DNA of 64,000 bases, taken from positions 14,074,001-14,138,000 of the forward strand of contig NC_043000.1 in NCBI RefSeq assembly GCF_006345805.1, read 5' to 3'. Origin of the DNA: Octopus sinensis (lineage: Eukaryota). Of this stretch, positions 24,251 through 38,272 are shown in pieces (position 1 is the stretch's first letter; every line of letters starts with the position of its first letter). The notes under the pieces were generated by a model. The model was given only the letters and a program-made list of their open reading frames with translations. It was not told the DNA's origin and made no database searches. Position numbers and translations under genes: made by a program.

Positions 24251-24660
24251 ATGACCAGTCATCACAATTATTATATTCTGACAACTTTGCAGCGATCATT
24301 ACATACCCGCCTCAGCATAATCATTACAATCATCATCATCATCACCTGCACTATTGTCAATCTATTTTATCATCATACCACCAAGCTATCTATATTATTA
24401 ATCATTATCATGATCATCATTACTATCAGCATAAACATTACATCCATTATTATAACTATCGCCACTATACATAATCTCTGATAACGTAACCATGTTTGTT
24501 GAGTGTTAAATGGAGTGGAGAGTGTTAATGTGATCCTTAGATAAAACTAATGGAGTTTTGTCTACTTTCTGGAAGATGACATCAGTATGTATCAGAGAAA
24601 CCAGAAGAGACAGATATACATTGAGAGGGCTGGCTGGCTATCTATCCACCTATCTATCTT

Positions 24661-24700
<40 letters not shown>

Positions 24701-27700
24701 GTTAAAAAGAGAGTCGACGGGAGAGAATGTGTGTATTTGTTTCCATAACAAAGTAATTTTCTTATCAATCCATCAACATCATTATCAACATAATCGCAAG
24801 ACACAAGACAGTCTGGTTCGTATATGTATCACTTGTTTCCATGTCAACAAGAACCGAAAATCTTTGATCCTTAAATTACTCGCATAACATATATTACATA
24901 AACAAGTTTAATTCATGGGTAGGATTAGTGATCGATAAATTTGTTCCTTCGTTCCTAAATGACACGATCCTTAGAATACTGATGTCTAGTTAATGGTGAG
25001 GGACCTATTAACCACTTATAGATAAATAAAACATTCAGTATTTGAGGAATAAGTAGTTTATGGTACCGCGGAGAAGAGTTGGTCTTCTCCATTGTTGCCG
25101 TGGTCTTTCGTTTAAAGGATTATACCGTGTCGCGAACAGGAACAAAACTCGAATATTTCATAATTCATTTAAGAAATGGTAGATCATATTACACTCCCAC
25201 AAGAATTTTCAGATATTCACTGGTAGACAGACTTAGGATATAGGGACTGTCTTTCATAGTGTTTAAATTCCAGAGACATTGCTCAAGAGACAAGACCGAA
25301 TTAGTCTTGAATGAAAATCGAGATTCGAATTTATTCGAATCTACTCATTTCTGGCTTGTAGCGAGAAATGAAATAATGTATTTTTAAATGAGTTAACTCA
25401 GCCATTTGTTTTCTTGGGACAAAAGAAATTGAGATGTGAGTTCGCCGAATTTTGCTAAAGCTCTGCCCCGATCTGACTTATCTGTGTCGAGTGGTGAAAT
25501 GTTTCCTCGCTGGTTGCTCTCAACTTCTGCCCTTAATCTTTGCAAGTTTGCTTATCACTAGAGAAAAACGTGCGAATCTCAAGGACAATTTGTTTTAATT
25601 TTGAGGCGTGATCCGATTGCTCGATGAAGAGGGTGTACACGTGAAAATTGTATGAAAATTGCAGGTTTCATTTGTGGTTCATTAATGACACTAATCTGAA
25701 AATTTAGAGAATGGGATTCGGGTCCTAGGTTCGCTACAATGATTTTAGGGGCCTAACGGATAACAACGACAATTTGGGTCATTATCATCATGATTGTTGT
25801 TTTGGGACGAGATGGGTGGCAAAATAGGTTAAACGTTGAACAAAATACCTTTGTGCATTGAAGTCGCTTCACATGCTCGAATCAAACCTCGTCGAGGTTG
25901 ACTTGGACTTTCATTCTTTCTGTTTCGATAAAAATCAGTATTGGTCAAGCATCATCCTCACTCAAATATTTGCAGCATTGTGCCGATGCTAAAAATCTTA
26001 GTTCTAAACGTTGAGGAGCAACCGACTCGAACTGGAACGCGAGAAGGCCGTATTAGGATACGTGAAGGACGTCAAAGTTATGGTGTCGGACAGCACGATT
26101 ATCGGAGTTTTCAGTACAATATTGAAAGAATGCGAGTTGGTAACAAAAACAAGTATTAAGTCAGTGAACTTGCATTTCAGCACCCATGCCAGCATCACGG
26201 GTTACTGGGTCACTGGTTCAACTGTCTTTTACGTGCGCAGAGGATTTGGTATGCCGTGGCTGATGATGTACAGGTATACATTGATGCTAGGGAATCTGCA
26301 GAAATTCTCAGACGGTGGAAGGTTTGGTTACCGTTTGAGAGGCGAGTTTTCCTGCAGTTAGTTTCTGTCACGTAGCTGCAGTCCTGGACCAAGCGAAGAC
26401 TAAGAGGAGGCGCCTGGCATCTAGGATGCTGTCAGGCACTCACAATTCTGTATCATACAGTCAGTACGGTTAGTGTTGTGTCAACTCATACATTGCACCC
26501 TCCCTTAACCGCCTGTACATTGCATAAGCAGTTAGAGGTGGGCGAAAGAGCGACAGCATCTTCAGGAAGAACTTGGACAATGAAGAGAAATCACCTGCCA
26601 GCCTATTCCGGAGAACTTTCAGTCTGCAAACTATGAAAAACTTCTTGAAATTCCAGGCTTGAAAACGCTACCGGGAGAATGGAAAATATTGGTTTAGAAT
26701 GAACTCTATAGGCAAAGCACATCTCGATCGAAATGTGCGGAGAGCAGGTCCGATCGAGACGTGCAAAGAGCATTACCAGCAGAATTCTGTCAACTTTTGA
26801 TATTTGTAGAACAGGTTGGGATCTCAGCCCAGTCTATCATGAAGTTCTCTCTATCGATTCCCTTTGATCGGAGAGGACAGTTTTCCTCCGTGGTTGCAAT
26901 GATAAAGGAGATTGCATTGTGAGTGAAATTTGGTCGACAGAAATCGTGCAGAAGCCCGTTGTGTACGAGTTTGTTTGTTTTTGTTTTTTTCAGAATGACG
27001 TTAGTTAAAAACTAGCATTGTTTGTCAACTCTAATGTCCTATAACTTGCAGATCGACAAATAGAGTCTGATAACATAAGTACCAGACTTAAGAATAAGTA
27101 ATGGGGACGATTCGACCAATCAAATCCTTCATGGCGCTGTATAAACGCTGAAATCATTAAACGGAAACAAAAATAGTAATTCACACACACATTGTTGTTA
27201 TACAGTCAACGAGAGTTTTCGTGAAACAAAAGTCGTAAATCTACACTGTGCGGTTTATCAGCACATCCAGGAAGGTCAGTTAATTGTCCTTTTCCTTTAA
27301 AATTATGAATGGCATCAAAACGTCTCATTGAGCTCACATGGTCCAGTAGTACTTGAAAGTATCATCTGCTTATCTCAGCCATCGTGCCACGTGTTGGCTT
27401 AAATAGTATATTTTTTTTTGTGCATATTGTTTATACATAAAACGTCAATATCTCTAAATTATCTATGAACATTCTACTGTATTGCTCCAATTGAAGGGTC
27501 TGATGTCAGTTCATCTCTAATCACTGTTAGAGCCTCTTCTTTGTGAAGTGGCTTACCACATCAGAACTCACCAACACGACAGGACTCTCAAACAAGGCTA
27601 TCGTCAGGAGAGATCCTAACCAAGAACTGTGTATTTCACCTAAGTCATGCAATTACAGAGTAAGGAGACCAGCAGCCACCAAAGAGAAGGGCTACAGGAA

Positions 27701-27721
27701 TATTGTAAAGTTATAATCCAT

Positions 27722-27771
<50 letters not shown>

Positions 27772-27933
27772 GGGGAGAGAGAACAAGCGTGGTTAATCAT
27801 TGGTGGACTTGTGGATCAAAGTCAAGATCCACAAATAGAACACCGTTGGAAGATAAGACAACTGAAAGAATCGATGCAAATGCTGTGCTTCGGTAGTCAC
27901 CCCAGAAAGACCAGTATACAGGTGAAAACCATC

Positions 27934-28530
27934 TTTTACTTGTTTCAGTTATTGAACTGCAGTCATGCTTGGGTGCCGCCTTGGAAGGTTTAGTGGAAGA
28001 AATCGAACACCGTTCTTATTTCTAAGTTTAGTGCTTATTCTATCGGTCCCTTTTGTCGCAGTGCTAAGTTACGGCGATATAAACAAAACATCGGTCAAGT
28101 GGGGGAGTGGAGGGACAAACACAAAGACATACACACATACATACAGTTTCCGAAGGCGGCGAGCCGGCAGAAACGTTAGCACGCCGGGCGAAATGCGTAG
28201 CCGTATATCGTCTGCCGCTACGTTCTGAGTTCAAATTCCGCCGAGGTCGACTTTGCCTTTCATCCTTTCGGGGTCGATAAATAAAGTGCCAGTTACGCAC
28301 TGGGGTCGACATGATTGACTTAATCCGTCTGTCTATCCTTGTTTGTCCCCTCTGTGTTTAGCCCCTTGTGGGTAATAAAGAAATATATACATACAGTTTC
28401 CGTTCATCAAATTCACCGACAAGGTATTGGTCGGCTCGGGATTATAGTAGAAGATACTTGCTCAAAGTACTGCATAGTGGGACTGAACCCGAAACCACGT
28501 GGTTGCAAAGCGAGCTTCTTAACCATACAG
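27934..28530 (-). mobile_element. Old family B SINE hosting a family A insertion
   Basis: B-like halves lie on both sides of 28153-28386. Confidence 0.75.
28153..28386 (+). mobile_element. Family A SINE with 16-bp TSD
   Basis: ATACATACAGTTTCCG at 28137-28152 and 28387-28402. Confidence 0.92.
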
Positions 28531-28694
28531 CCATACCTGAACTGATTAAGTGTTTACCTAGAGGGAGTGCGTTCAATCACTTGGTCAACCAAAACATATA
28601 CACTACTTTGATTCAAAACAGAACGACTAAGTGACACAGCAACAGGAGAATACTAATGAGGCAAATACCCTTGGTAGGCAAATGGAATGAGAAC

Positions 28695-28852
28695 AGGTGT
28701 AGGAGTGGCTGTGTGGTAAGTAGCTTGCTTACCAACCACATGGTTCTGGGTTCAGTCCCACTGCGTGGCATCTTGGGCAAGTGTCTTCTACTCTAGCCTC
28801 GGGCCAACCAAAGCCTTGTGAGTGGATTTGGTAGACGGAAACTGAAAGAAGC

Positions 28853-28910
<58 letters not shown>

Positions 28911-28981
28911 GTATATATATATATATATGTATATATATAATATATATGTATATATATATTATATGTTATATTATATATATA

Positions 28982-29040
<59 letters not shown>

Positions 29041-29241
29041 TGTGTGTGTGTGTGTGTGCGTGCGCTTGACAACCGATGCTGGTGTGTTTACGTCCCCGTC
29101 ACTTAGCGGTTCGGCATAAGAGACCGATAGAATAAGTACTGGGCTTACAAAGAATAAGTCCCGGGGTAGATTTGCTCGACTAAAGGCGGTGCTCCAGCAT
29201 GGCCACAGTCAAATGACTGAAACAAGTAAAAGAGTAAAGAG
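28695..29241 (+). mobile_element. Family B SINE with expanded internal (TA)n(TG)n (~200 bp)
   Basis: Head and tail intact; array at 28857-29058. Confidence 0.92.
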
Positions 29242-29283
29242 TCTATCCTTAGATAAATAAAAAAATACGTAGTTGTTGTACAG

Positions 29284-29601
29284 CAGTGTTTCTCAACCGG
29301 GGTCCATATAAGATTTTGGAGGGGTCCACGCAACAAAATATTGAATTGGGACTCCACTAGTATATCAAGGGCCTCTGAAATAAAATATTTCTTTAAAAGT
29401 ATGTATTGCAAGAAACAGCTGGGTTTCTCTGTCTAACATTTTACATAGTTCAACCAACACAAGTTAAGGTTTGAAAAATAAAATAGAAATTGCGAAAGAA
29501 GTCTCTATTTAATTTTTTTTTAAATCGAATGGTAATTAGGGTCCACCTAAGTAATATAGTAATCAGAGGGGTCCATATATAAAAATGGTTGAGAGCTCCT
29601 G
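29284..29601. mobile_element. hAT/Charlie-like MITE
   Basis: CAGTGTTTCTCAACC...GGTTGAGAGCTCCTG; TTGTACAG at 29276-29283 and TTGTATAG at 29602-29609. A related copy starts at 42511. Confidence 0.82.
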
Positions 29602-30083
29602 TTGTATAGCGTCCCAAGCTGGTCTGACCCTCATTCTCCTCCTACCCACGGAAAGATTGCATCAGCATTTGTTTACATATATAACTAGGGTGGTGGAGTG
29701 GTGAAACCGTTAGAGCATGGGATGGCTGGCTCTTTGCCTTTCTCACAGCAACCCCATGCGACGATACAGGCGCCATGAGCTGTATCGACCGTGTCTTTTC
29801 CTTTGCCAAAATCGGTGACGAGTAGAGGGGAAGCTTGTCTACATAGTCAGAGCCTCTAAGAGATGGGTTCAATTAGTATTTCAATCTGTGGTCCGTAAAA
29901 CCTAGGAGCGGCCCGTGATTATCTGATGCCCCACACCCAAAAACCCAACTCACGATACTCTTAAATATAGAGAGGGTCCATTTCTTACGGGGCTCGAAAG
30001 CTGTATTGTTTCCGCCTTAGAAAATTTCTTTCGGAGTTCCGGTGTGTGTATGATTAGCAGTTTACCAACTGCTAATCATACAT

Positions 30084-30114
<31 letters not shown>

Positions 30115-30147
30115 GGCCTGCACATACAGTGCGTGTAATGTGTGTTT

Positions 30148-30410
30148 AATAATAATAATAATAATTGTGTACAGTGCTCAGGTGCACTACAACTCATCTA
30201 AAGTGTATATATAATCAGGTGTAGTTTCGGCGGATTTCGGAAAGCATGAGGGCCTTAAAGGATGCAGTGTCATGGCAGTCAACAACTGACGCAGGCAGTT
30301 TATTCCATGCTTCAGCAACTCTGTGCGTGAAAAAATGTTTCCGAAAGTCATGGGAGCTGTGTTGTTTTCTGACTTTGTAGGCATGTCCACGTGTGTTAGA
30401 CACATGGAGA
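30148..30410 (-). mobile_element. CR1-clade LINE 3' fragment
   Basis: NTRGHAYKV...RKHFFTHRVAEAWNKLPASVVDCHDTASFK is the typical CR1 ORF2 C-terminus; (ATT)n tail. Confidence 0.9.
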
Positions 30411-31284
30411 TCAAAATGAAAGAGTGTTCATAGCCCTTCTCGGCTAATGACCCCCAAAGCCCATGTAGTGGCGTTAAACTGAGCCCGTTAATCCACTGCT
30501 CTAGACTTAAATTATTTTACCGACCCCGAAAGAATGAAAAGCAAAGTAGTTGAACTCGGATCGTTAACAATCGGAACAGATAGGCGAGGTTTTTTCCTTT
30601 TTACTTTTTCTCTTTACGCACTAACTGTCAACCTCACTGCCTACGATCAAGGCCTCTGCTTAATAAACAATACTATCGGCGGATGCACAGTGATGACCAG
30701 CCCTTAGCAGGCAAGTACGGTGTACTGTAAGTTTAGGGTTTTTGTCTGAAAAGAACGAAAGAAGAAAGCCTTCTAACATAAAGAAAGGGACTAGGGTGGA
30801 GCCGAGAGAAAAGCAAAAATAGCGAGACACAGAGAGAGAAAAGGGTGTCACTTGAAAATAATCGGTCGGTGGTAGAGCTGGTACTAGATTTGTGGTGATG
30901 GTGATGTTGGTGGTGGTGGTTGTGTCAGTGCGTGGCAGAACAGATGTATGAAAAGGACGAGAAAAAGAGAGAGAGAGAGAGATATGCCAGCTGCCATCAG
31001 ACAGGCTTATGTCTAGTCAACATCAAGAGTACAACTGACCTCTCGTCCCATCTATCTGTTTCTAAAATGTTGTTGCTGCAAATGCTGTTGCTACTGTAGT
31101 TTTTGTTGTCGGCTGCACTCTAGAGCAGCAATAGCAGTCGCAAGAACAAGAACAACAACAACAGCAACAACAGCAACTACGTCGTTCAGAGAACATTACG
31201 TATCAACGGTCGATTTCATGTGGGTGAAAAAAAGGAGAAAAAAAGAAAAACGATGTACGGCGGGTGAATAATTGGCATTCTGAT

Positions 31285-31434
31285 CGAGAGAAAGAGAGGA
31301 GAGAGAGAAAGAGAGAAAGAAAGGGAGAAGAAGAGAGAAAGAGAGAAAGAGAGAGAGAAGAGAGAAAGAGAGAGAGAGAGAGAGAAAGAGAGAGAAAGAG
31401 AAAGAAAGATAGAGAGAAAGAGAGAAAGAAAGAT

Positions 31435-31471
<37 letters not shown>

Positions 31472-31780
31472 AAAAGAAAAAGAGAAAGAGAGAGAGAAAA
31501 AGAAAAAGTGAAAGAGAGAGAGGGAGAAAGAGAGAGAGAGAAAGAAAGAGAGAAAAGCGAAAGAGAAGGACAGAGTGAAAGAGCAAGTAAGAATGAGAGG
31601 ATGGGACAAATTATGTGTGTGTGCACAAGTAAGAGAGAGAGAGGGAGGGGACAGAATGAATGAAAGAAGTGGGAGAGAGTGAGAGAGAAACAAAGGTAGA
31701 GAGATGAAGAGTTGGAGAGAGAGTGAGAAAGAGAGACAAACTGATAGCTCAGAGAGAGAGAGAGAGAGAGAGAGGGTGGG
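31285..31780. repeat. Degenerate (GA/GAAA)n tract
   Basis: Direct reading; source of the S/L/F and R/E-rich pseudo-ORFs. Confidence 0.95.
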
Positions 31781-32497
31781 ATGTGTGTAAAAAAAATAAG
31801 ATATGCAATCAAAACCCCACAGCCCAGTGGGTCATGTGGTCACCAGAGATCCACACAGTTTACCTAAGGTAAGTCAGCCAAGCTTTAACACTGCCAATAT
31901 TAAAATGGTAGGCCAGAAAACTACTTCCACTCTTAACAGTGACCCCGTGGCTGGGATAAAACAGCTGTTCAACATTCTAGACTACAAAACAAAATGTTAA
32001 TCGCCCCACCAAAAAACAAAAAAAAACGAGTGATTGGCAAACCTCCACTACAAAACAAACGACTGCCCCCCCCCCACTTCTCCCCCCCCCCGATGGTGGA
32101 TAAACCTTCATTCACCAGATCTTGACCTTTTCTTTGTAGAGAATAAACCAGCTTGTAACCTCCCAAGTCCTAATCTGTGCAACCCTTTTAATACCTATTT
32201 CCATCTTGCTTATCTTTGCCCTGTCTACTTCCTAAGAAATTAGGGAACTTTGAGCATCATCCTCTCTTTGGGTCCTGTGGTCAGAAGATGCTTTAATCTC
32301 CCTCAAAAGGGTAGTGACTAGAGATTGTCACTAATCATCGAGGTGCATACACACACACAGCTTCTCTAGATAGATGAGTTTTTATTAATTTCTACTGATG
32401 TTTTTGTAGCCACAAATGAATTTACATAGCAACACTGCTAACAGCTATGTTCATCTTAGAGGCCCTAAACTGTTTATTAAATATAACCAACCAACCA

Positions 32498-32594
32498 TCT
32501 CTCTCTCTTTCTCTCTCTCTCACACACACTCTCACATACACACACACTCACACTCTCTCACACACACACACCCTCTCTCACACACACACACCCT

Positions 32595-32632
<38 letters not shown>
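32498..32632. repeat. (CT)n/(CA)n compound microsatellite
   Basis: Direct reading. Confidence 0.9.
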
Positions 32633-32636
<4 letters not shown>

Positions 32637-33786
32637 ATAAATAGGAGTTAACCTGTAATATCTCATCAAAATTCGATGATATAGTAAATAAAAAACACTT
32701 CACAATTATTACACAGAGCACTATTGACAAGTACCATATTTGGCCAACAGAAAGATATGAGTAGTGTACAAAAAACACTAAATCCACCATGAATTAGCAA
32801 AGCTCTGACTAACCTTTAATCTCTCCACAGCAAAACCCAAACTACAAAGAACACAAAACAGCATTTTCTGCAACATACCAGGTTGTTTGTATATACAGCA
32901 CACCTCTCGCCCACCTACACAACAAGATAAAAAGTCCTAAAAACTGAAGACCACCTTAACACGCTAGGTACAACAGCAAATTCCAGCCTTAACAAACCAT
33001 GTTACAATATGCACATTCACCTCCAAATGCCCAGACAACCCTATGCTGTTGTCAAAACATGATCTTTAATACTCAGTCCAGAAGGAAAAAAAAAAAACAA
33101 ACTCCAATATCAATTATCCCATTTGTTCAAAACCCAAGTCATCAGACCTAGGTAGAGGCATGTACATCTTGAACAAATGTTCTGTGGGTCATGATTAGTC
33201 ATTCAGCTGAGTTCTTGTATGCTACAGGTTTGCTTGATCAAAACTGAACACAATAACATCAACAACAGCAGCAATGGGTAGCAAATAGGCCTGTGTGGTT
33301 TAAGAAGATAGTTTCAAAAATTATGTAGGCCAGATCCCACAGAATAGCACCTCAAACATGAGTCTTCTAATAGCTTCAAGTCAACAAAATCTTGTTAGAC
33401 AGAAACTGCTTCAAGCCTTTTGGAGGGACTATGTTTTAGGTACCTGTAAGTAGTAAGCACACAAGCTAGGTCTCAGTCAGACAATTTTCTTTTTCCCTTT
33501 CAAGACTTGGAGACGGAAAAGAGTCATAAGTGCCGCCCTTCTTTCATTGGCTCAGCCAAACACCCCAACTCTGATGTACTAGACTATCTGACAGTATTCT
33601 GTCATGCTGACCACATGGTTGAAAGTTCAAATCTTAGCACTACCAACAAATAACTCCAGTTAACCTGATACGGATCCCACTCCTATTTCACAGAGTGGTT
33701 TAGAAGTAGGTTGGGTAACCAGCTGTAAAAACAATTACTCTGACAAATAAACCATCTCACTCACCCAAATATGAAATATTGATATG

Positions 33787-33826
<40 letters not shown>

Positions 33827-34266
33827 CAATTTATATGATACAGAGTGATGATACACACACACAGAAAACATAACCTTGTACAGTTCCTGTTCTCTGTGAA
33901 GCAACAAGCTGTGTCCCACCTAATGTGCCCTACTGTCCTACCTAAAACAAAAACATACATGCAAGCTTGTACACAGTTTTTGCTCTCTTTAGAGTAGAAA
34001 GCTGTGTTCCACCCAATGTACTATTAGGTCATCTCTTAATTCAGTTCTTTATCCAGAACTACAACGCCTCTCTGAAACTAAATAGTTTTTCACTAAAGAT
34101 ACCAAAAGGCAAAGGATTCTTAAAGAACATCAGCTACACACAACAACAAAACCCAGATTAAAATACTGCATCACATACAATGACCACTTTATATCAGAAT
34201 ATGCAGCATGGACCCAAACTAGATGGAGGTATGTATGACACCTCAGAAACCATAGATTCGTGGATC

Positions 34267-34496
34267 GCGGCGAGCTGGCAGAAACGTTAGCACGCTGGGC
34301 GAAATGTTTAGCGGTGTTTCATCTGCCACTACGTCCTGAGTTCAAATTCTGCTGAGGTCGACTTTGCCTTTCTTCCTTTCAGGGTTGATTAAATAAGTAC
34401 CAGTTATGCACTGGGGTCGATATAATTGACTTAATCCGTTTGCCTGTCCTTGTTTGTCCCCTCTGTGTGTAGCCTCTTGTGGGCAGTAAAGAAATA
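34267..34496 (+). mobile_element. Family A SINE with 13-bp TSD
   Basis: AGATTCGTGGATC at 34254-34266 and AGATTTGTGGATC at 34497-34509 (one CpG-to-TpG change). Confidence 0.9.
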
Positions 34497-34818
34497 AGAT
34501 TTGTGGATCACATCTAGTTGCTTGGCTTTTCACCTATGTACAGTATGTTGTTCAGTCAGGACTTACACAACATTAGCTGAGATAGCTTTGAAAAGGATTG
34601 TTAATATTGTTCCATAACTTCCAACTTGAAGTAAAGCACATCTATCCCCACATATCACTGATTTGTTCATGATATGCTTAAATGTGAACCATGAACCTTG
34701 ATATGCTTATCACAGATTGATCTATGATAACACAAGTCAGCAATAAGTTGAAGATTGTGATGAGCAACCACTGATTATTGCTTGTATTTACATGACCATG
34801 CTGCAAGTTAGCATATTT

Positions 34819-35054
34819 GGTGCTACTTTGGTGTGTGATCTACAAGGGAGATCACTTTAGGTTACTTTTTAATTTACTTTGTGTTAGTGCTACTTTCTGT
34901 GTGATCTAGATGCTTATTTTAATTATTATATGGTTTTCTTATTAAAATAGTAAAAATTTTGAAAAAATACATTTACAATGCTAAGTATGTACAAAATAAT
35001 TTAAAAAGTAACCTAAAGTAATCTCCCTTGTAGATCACACACCAAAGTAGCACC
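34819..35054. mobile_element. MITE with ~54-bp GG-starting TIRs and exact 8-bp TSD (Merlin-like)
   Basis: GGTGCTACTTTGGTGTGTGATCTACAAGGGAGAT(C/T)ACTTTAGGTTACTTTTTAA on both ends; GCATATTT at 34811-34818 and 35055-35062. Confidence 0.92.
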
Positions 35055-38000
35055 GCATATTTTTCCTACGGCTGTACATATGTCTACTCATCAATATGCT
35101 ACTAGTGAATAGAAAACACATGAAGGCACTTGATTCTAACAAATGACATAAACAAATGTATTTGCTATAGGAAAAGGTAGAGATGATCCAGAAAATATCA
35201 AGAAAATACATAACGGTGGAAATTTCGCAGCTGTGGGCCAAGAGTTTGGTGTCACTGAATCTACCATTCATTTCATTTACAAAGTGTGAGAACATAATTT
35301 ATCGCTTTTTTTTGTTTTTTAAATTTTATGTATTTTATTTTATATATTTTTATGTAAAAGCAATTTGTGAAAAGTTAACATGAAACACACATGGCCAACT
35401 AAATAATTTGTTATGGAATATGCAGAAATAAAACAGTTGGTAATAAAATATACAGGTTAAGAGCAGTGGACGACATTGAACAATTTTTATAAGTCATATA
35501 TGCATAAAAGAATTGCTTATTCATAGCTTAATGTGGATTTGATTAGAACCAACATGTGGTACTTATAGCTATGGTGCTGTTAGTGGTGGTGGAGAATAAA
35601 TAACTAGCACACGACAATAGGTTCACTTTGTATCAATGCATAACACATATAAATGGATTATTTTTTATGCACGTCCGTATACATGTATGAACACATTCAT
35701 AAAACATTTATTAATATTACTATTTGTATTTGTACATTATAGTCATCATTTAACATCCTCCTTCCATGTTGGCATGGATTGGCATGGTCTGAGAGGAGCT
35801 GGCAAGTCAGAAGACTGCACCAAGCTCTGCTTTAGCATGGTTTTTTTACAGCTGGATGCCCTTCCTAATGCCAATCAGTTTATAGGGTGTACTGGATCCC
35901 TTTTACATGACACCAGCAACAGTGCTGGTAACTCGCAAAACAAGACTTCTCAACTGAAGGAAGGAGCAGAACAAAGATGGCTTTGTGCCAGATGATGAGA
36001 AGTTAGAGTATAAACAGGGGGACAAAAATAGTTGTCTTGCAGTAGACGGGATACATGTTTACATTAGTTGCAAGAGAGAGGGAGAGAGTAGCCCTACCAG
36101 GAACCGAAGTTCCTGACAGCATAGCTCTGACACTACCTGTTGCCAGAATCCCCACCACAGTGAGGAGGGGATGGACTTTGGTATTAGGGCCACAACCCGG
36201 CAGGCGGGGCTCTGGTGAAAATCCCCGGAGTGTCTGCTTCAGCAACCGGCGGCTCCTCAGTCGTTCTGTCCTTGCGTCTGCAGACAATCTGCGGCAAACA
36301 GGATGTCTCCACATGCGGGATTGTTGGGGACCGCTTGTGAAATCCACATATTCCCACGAAACTTCTTCCATGAGTAGAAGAAGCCGACTCAACCCGCCCA
36401 GGGTGAATGTCGCCACAAGTACAAGTAAGTACTGTCATGTATACGATTTTTTTAATAAGTGTTTAGACATGAAACTCTAGGTTCTTAGATAACTCCAGTA
36501 GCATTTTCAACTTTTACAGATAAAATTATATATACTTTGCTTTATATCTCATATTTCTTTAAAACAAAATATACTTCAAATGTGTGTACATACACACACG
36601 TGCTTATAATGGTGTGAGAGAAGAGGCAGTATGCATCTCCAACTCATATCCCCTCCTATGGCCATATATAGATTAAGGACTATTTAGCAGCCATACATCA
36701 GGAGTGTATCAGAAGTGTGACAGTGTGACAGACATGTGTCAAAAGCATGACACAACATGAAATATACACAACATTAAGATAAGACAAGAGCATTGAAGCA
36801 AAACACAGCAGATAGAGGAAAGTTATAATGGCACTCAATATAATCCAGAGTACGCAGTAGTAGTAGTAGTGGGTGCAGATGATGTGCAACCTCAACAGTA
36901 CGTAAAGCAAACAGTTTTGTATCTTACGATGACATTTTCAGTTCAAGAGGGTCAGTTATTTGAAGTGGAGGGCAAGGATTCAATCAATTTTTGAGTTTGA
37001 AAAATAACTTATTCAACTGAAATTATTTCAAAACTTAAAACGTGTGCAGAAGAGAATCTAAAATTTAAATTAAAGATTAAATTGAATTTAACTATTTATG
37101 AAATATTTGAATAAGAAAAATAAAAATTATTTTTATTAAATTTAAACTAAAGTTCAAAGTTTCAGTAGGTTTTTTTTTTTTTTTTTTTGGAAAGGGTATT
37201 TTTCCTTCTCTTACCCACAACCAAATTTAGTTTATGAAAATGTTACACCTGTATATTTTAATCAAATAATTAAATGTGAACACAAGACAAATCAATTTGG
37301 ATTTACTTTTTGTCTCTCTCACTCTCAATACACACACAATTGTATTAAAGCAACTGTATCCACTACTTAAAATACAAATAAAACTTAAATTTAAAATTAA
37401 ATTTCAGGTAAAAAAAAAAATGAATATGTATATATGCCGCTTCTATGTAATCATAAATAATTAAACAAATACACGCACAACTTCAGCTTCAAAAAAAGAT
37501 CGTTACGTTTTGTATATAGACTCCTAAATAATGCTTCTATAGCAAATTTGTGGACAGATTTCAAGTTCAAGAAGAGTATATAAGAATACAATTTGATCGA
37601 TGTAATCAGTACAAGTAAATGCTCCTTAAATCTGAAAGGACCAGAGCTTAGATCTGGTTTCATTTCATGAAGTGAAGAGAGATATTAACGATCCCACAAC
37701 CAAAAAGGACACCTGTCTATGATAGGTAACACTATCAGATGATCTGAGACTTATTTCATAACACAGTATGGTGAACTAGGGTAATGTTGAATAAAAAGTA
37801 CTGTTCTTAACAACCAAACACTTGCAATAGATTTGAACTTGTGACCTGTGAAGAATACCCTATGTACTTGGTTACCTCGCCTCTCCAACTTAAAACACGG
37901 GAACTAAAGAAAAGAAATAACTCAAAGTAGTAAATGAGGACAAGTTATTAATTACATGTAATTTGCTGATAAGAATTTTCATAAGTGATTTTTTTAAAGG

Positions 38001-38272
38001 CATTATCTTTATTAACATAGCGATGTGAAAGCTGCTGACAACTTTCAAAATGATTGTGCAATTCTGTGAGTTGCTTTGGGACCTGCGATGCACACATTTT
38101 AGTACAGCAAAGTCTGTTGTGGATGATTTTATAAGGAGAACCACAGGCACAATCATGGCTGTATAACAAGTTTCTTATTGTGTGGCACTTTGGGCAAGTG
38201 CTGTCAGGCCAACCAAAGCCTTGTCTGTGAATTTGGTTGATAGAAACTGAACTGAAAGAATCTTGTTGTATA

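Noticed and set aside
31084-31177. Loose CTG/CAG hairpin around CTCTAGAG as a possible miRNA precursor
   Set aside because: Pairing comes from complementary simple triplet repeats and is too imperfect.
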